Shown here in pieces: positions 49,910-53,402 of a stretch of 53,402 bases of DNA; the stretch's first letter is position 1, and each line of letters starts with the position of its first letter. Position numbers and translations under genes: made by a program. This stretch comes from a virus (Duplodnaviria > Caudoviricetes): positions 1-53,402 of the IMG/VR virus record IMGVR_UViG_3300015264_000030; one strand, given 5' to 3'. Under the pieces are notes generated by a model. The model was given only the letters and a program-made list of their open reading frames with translations, had not been told where the DNA came from and did no database searches.

Positions 49910-49910
49910 T
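49904..49910 (+). promoter_or_regulatory. GTGTAAT candidate late-promoter motif
   Basis: Comprises the last codon and stop of the HNH; 20 nt before ATG 49931. Confidence 0.55.
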
Positions 49911-49930
49911 TACTCTAGGTAAAAGGCAAA

Positions 49931-52900
49931 ATGAACATTACAGGCGACAATTCAATAAAAAGCAATATTTTTGATGGAGGCTATTGGGGATGGATTGCAT
50001 CAGGCGGTCTTTCCTTTAACGGTAATGGCATTTTAGACACTGGAATTGCTCATATTTTGACTGGAATTGGCGAAAGTCCAACAGGAATTACAGGAATCTC
50101 TGTGTTTTTTCAATCTGGTAGTTTGAGCATTGATTCTGGCTTTTTAAGAAGTCCGACTGGTATTATTTCAGGAGCTACCGCCAATTCAACAAATTTAAGT
50201 GGATACCTTTATTATCGTATAAATCAACCGATTTACGGTTTATGTCATGGCGTCGGGAGGGATGAAAATGTCTGGTATAATGGCTATAATTTCTATAACG
50301 CTTTTCATCCTGATGGTTATTTTTCTCCACCATTCGGACAAAATGCCAGTGTATATCAAATGAACGAAGATGGATTTGAGGCATTATCCGAAAATGGAAA
50401 TTGTTCGACCCTTAATAATGATGAATTCAATGACCTTTTCGGAATTTGCACCCAACTTGACCCCGCGATAAATTCTTCCTCCGATAGTCCTACGGCTTTC
50501 ATAAATTCGCCAGCCATTGCTTGCCCTCAAGATTTAAGCGTGTCTTTTTATTGGCACGAAGTCCAATACAATATTATCGCTGGAACTGCTGGTTCGATTG
50601 CTGGAAATACTTATTACAACACTAATCCAATTCCAACCGCTTTAGATAATTTTGCTATTAGCACAGTTTATAGATACGCTTTTACCTCAACAGGATTAGG
50701 GAATATTAGTGATGGCAATGGCGGTAGTTCTTCACAAACATTAAACAAAATTACCTACGATAGTTCTGGAAAACCAGTTCCAAGTTATTCCATTGGAAAT
50801 CAATATTCTACTTTTAACGCTTTTCCTAGTTGTCCCGGTTTAGTTGCAGAAGGCGGGGTTTCTATCGGAACTTCTGTCGAAAGCTTTTTGCTAAATTCGC
50901 CCGATATTCTTCAAGACAATTCCACCGCAAATTTTGATTTTTTTAATTGGTGGAATATTTGGCATCTTCTTTATAAGGAAAATTCTGATGGATTTCCTTT
51001 TGATAATGGTCAGGATAATGGGGGCGGGAATATGGGGATTGTCGCAACTTCAAACCAACCCGCGCATGGCAGTCAACTTTTTGAACATGAACTTTCAAAT
51101 TCTGATGATTATTGGGCTAGGCGTCAATGTCCAGAAACAGTTAATTTTCTTCCTCATACTTTTGGAGCATCAATTTATTCTTGTCCTTCTTATTATTTTG
51201 ATATTCCTTATTATGCTGCCATAAAGAAATTCGGTTTTTACGGAACTCGATTTATGAATGGTTGCGTTAGTCTGCCTCTTGATTTTCCTTTGAGTGGAGA
51301 TAATGTCAATCATCCTGATGCTGTTGAAATTGAGACGGGAGTTTCTTATGTATCAACGGCTGGCTCCACTGACACAGAACTCAATACTGATAAAGGAATC
51401 AACTGGAGTTTTGCTGCTTATAATAACCTTCTGAAAATTGCCAAAGCAGAAGAACAAAGTGCTGATTTTTATGGTTTGAATCAAGCTTTATTTCTTTGGT
51501 CAAATTCTGGTTTAATTTCTCAAACTTCTGAGTTTTCTGCTTTGTCTAATAATCCAGATTTCCTTGTTCTTTACAATAATCTTTTCAATGGGTTGAGTGC
51601 TGTTTTTCCTAGCGGCATCTATTCGATTATTAGTGGTCAGCCACTTTTTGAAAGTGGGAGCGCGTCAACATTATACGCAACGGGAACAACATACGAAATT
51701 TTGGGAAATAACAAGACATATACGGTCTTCAAACAAAGTTTGAATAAAATTTTGGTAAATGAAGCGGACAATTTTAATTGGGCTTCTATCGAAAGAAATT
51801 ATGGATATGCAGTGCTTTCTTCGTTAAATAATATTGATTCTGGATTTTATTCTGCATTGTCAGCCGCGAAACAGAATAGGCTTTCCTCACGATATATGGA
51901 AAATTATGTAAAAGGTAATCCTATTGACCTTTATCCAACGAATAAAATCGCATTTGGTTTTGACAAGGCTGCTGGATTTATTGATAGCATTGCATGGGGA
52001 AAATCATACGCCGGTTTTGGGTTAAACCATTCTTTTAATGATACAGGTCTTAATCGAACATTCTTTTTGGGTGCATACGGTGATGGACAAGACGTTTCTG
52101 GCGTATCAAATTTCATTGGTCAAATCTCAAATATAAATAACTCGTCTTTTTATCCGGGGTATTTCAATTCAAATCTGGGTATGGAGCTTCCAATTCCAAC
52201 GTATGAGGCTGTTGTGACAGGAACAATATTATCTGGAAATTCTAAGACGGGGCTTGGAGACGGATGGCTTGCTATGGGGTATAATGGAGTTGGTTCCTTG
52301 AAAAGCAATTTTTCTTGTTTTACTCCAATCTTTATCCAGCAGCCATTTTCTATTAACTATTGTAAAATCGGTCAAGCTCCTACATTTAGAAGTTTGGCAG
52401 TTGATTATCATACTATCCCAGAGGATAAAATCAATGCCCGCTATCCAGAAATCGTTTATTGGACAACTAAATTAAAAATGGTTGATAAAAATTATAAGAA
52501 TCTTTACCCTTTGTCTTATAAATGGTATCGTATTTTGAAATCATACTGCACTGGAACTATCACTGGAAATAACTTTAAGAATTTTCTCTTAAATCCTAAT
52601 TGGGATTCTGTTGACGCCGGAAATCCCACCGGTTCTTGGTGCGCGTTAGAAGGCGATGGCCCGATTTGCACATTGATTCATCCACAAGAATGTATTCCGC
52701 CATATAATTCCTATAATCCAGCTTGGGGATACGAATTTCACAATACTCCCATGTATCAAACTGCTAAGCAAAATAATTTCTATATGACTTTGATGAAGGG
52801 TGCAAAGAAAGGCATTGATGACCAGTATTATTATTTTTGTATGGCTCGCGGGAGATTTGGTATTAGAATCAGCGAATCTTCACAACTTTTTGTCGAAGAC

Positions 52901-53402
52901 TGGCTTAAATTTGATTTATCTGTTTTGAACGGAGGGAATGTCGGGGCAACTCCTATCGTAAAGTTTGAAGCAAACGATTACTCGATTACGATGGATTCGA
53001 CTACCATACCTAAATATGGTGGATTTGTAAATGACCAATACGCTATTCCAGAAGACGTAGTTGAAAGACAATTACCACCACCAAACGCAGGATATGGCGA
53101 TGTTGAATCTTATAAATTCGTTGGGCTTTGGGGTTATAGGGGGGCAACACAAACTTATACACCGGGAACATTGAATGATACAAGGGGACTTATTGAGACT
53201 TGGGGAAGAATGTTGCATTATGGTTCTCTTGCAAAATATACCAAAACACTTTCTCAAACAGATGGCGATTTTCTTTATGGACGTAATCATTTGCCTATTT
53301 GTAATAATAATTTTTCAATGTCTTCGATGCAGGATGGAATTAAAGTCGTAATAGATGGGGTTGTCCATTGGGCAAATATGCAATATCCCATCGTAGATAC
53401 TG
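49931..53402 (+). CDS. Very large virion protein with Ig-like domain (3'-partial, >1150 aa)
   Basis: ATG 49931 (MNITGDNSIKSNIFDGGYWG) is in frame with the open codons at the window end (KVVIDGVVHWANMQYPIVDT). Its absence from the ORF track is consistent with no stop. Contains PIFIQQP..KIGQAPTFRSLA..PLSYKWY..DDQYYYFC. Confidence 0.8.
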   Translation, partial: MNITGDNSIKSNIFDGGYWGWIASGGLSFNGNGILDTGIAHILTGIGESPTGITGISVFFQSGSLSIDSGFLRSPTGIISGATANSTNLSGYLYYRINQPIYGLCHGVGRDENVWYNGYNFYNAFHPDGYFSPPFGQNASVYQMNEDGFEALSENGNCSTLNNDEFNDLFGICTQLDPAINSSSDSPTAFINSPAIACPQDLSVSFYWHEVQYNIIAGTAGSIAGNTYYNTNPIPTALDNFAISTVYRYAFTSTGLGNISDGNGGSSSQTLNKITYDSSGKPVPSYSIGNQYSTFNAFPSCPGLVAEGGVSIGTSVESFLLNSPDILQDNSTANFDFFNWWNIWHLLYKENSDGFPFDNGQDNGGGNMGIVATSNQPAHGSQLFEHELSNSDDYWARRQCPETVNFLPHTFGASIYSCPSYYFDIPYYAAIKKFGFYGTRFMNGCVSLPLDFPLSGDNVNHPDAVEIETGVSYVSTAGSTDTELNTDKGINWSFAAYNNLLKIAKAEEQSADFYGLNQALFLWSNSGLISQTSEFSALSNNPDFLVLYNNLFNGLSAVFPSGIYSIISGQPLFESGSASTLYATGTTYEILGNNKTYTVFKQSLNKILVNEADNFNWASIERNYGYAVLSSLNNIDSGFYSALSAAKQNRLSSRYMENYVKGNPIDLYPTNKIAFGFDKAAGFIDSIAWGKSYAGFGLNHSFNDTGLNRTFFLGAYGDGQDVSGVSNFIGQISNINNSSFYPGYFNSNLGMELPIPTYEAVVTGTILSGNSKTGLGDGWLAMGYNGVGSLKSNFSCFTPIFIQQPFSINYCKIGQAPTFRSLAVDYHTIPEDKINARYPEIVYWTTKLKMVDKNYKNLYPLSYKWYRILKSYCTGTITGNNFKNFLLNPNWDSVDAGNPTGSWCALEGDGPICTLIHPQECIPPYNSYNPAWGYEFHNTPMYQTAKQNNFYMTLMKGAKKGIDDQYYYFCMARGRFGIRISESSQLFVEDWLKFDLSVLNGGNVGATPIVKFEANDYSITMDSTTIPKYGGFVNDQYAIPEDVVERQLPPPNAGYGDVESYKFVGLWGYRGATQTYTPGTLNDTRGLIETWGRMLHYGSLAKYTKTLSQTDGDFLYGRNHLPICNNNFSMSSMQDGIKVVIDGVVHWANMQYPIVDT

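Noticed and set aside
57-53290. Numerous short overlapping ORFs in the track (e.g. 14083..14598, 50934..51224, 30267..30680)
   Set aside because: They are shadows of longer genes on another frame or strand, with no recognisable motifs.
1-53402. tRNA, rRNA, integrase or att sites
   Set aside because: Intergenic gaps are short and none showed cloverleaf or rRNA features; no recombinase of the integrase type was seen.

Overview
The window is a segment of a large, AT-rich tailed dsDNA phage genome (Caudoviricetes). It has no sheath gene and a ~2000-aa tape measure, so it is probably a long non-contractile siphovirus. The + strand carries an almost complete morphogenesis module: terminase nuclease domain, collagen-like fibre, portal, HNH endonuclease, two paralogous large virion proteins, protease/scaffold, decoration protein, major capsid, fibre and lectin-like proteins, a TIGR03790-like protein, a GT2 glycosyltransferase, neck genes, tail tube, chaperones, tape measure and tail-tip proteins. 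A five-gene minus-strand island follows (annealing recombinase, GT9-like and GT4-like glycosyltransferases, Whirly-like SSB, tandem-domain hypothetical). After it come a second HNH and a >1150-aa Ig-domain virion protein that runs off the window and is missing from the ORF track. Main points of interest: (1) surface virion proteins are saturated with Ser-Gly/Thr-Gly dipeptides next to three glycosyltransferases, one apparently split over two genes, suggesting a virion glycosylation system; (2) a GTGTAAT candidate late promoter precedes many structural genes; (3) codon choice suggests avoidance of GATC, GGWCC, CCWGG and GTAC; (4) the phage carries a TIGR03790-like domain. All protein assignments come from motif recognition and gene order by eye, not from database searches.
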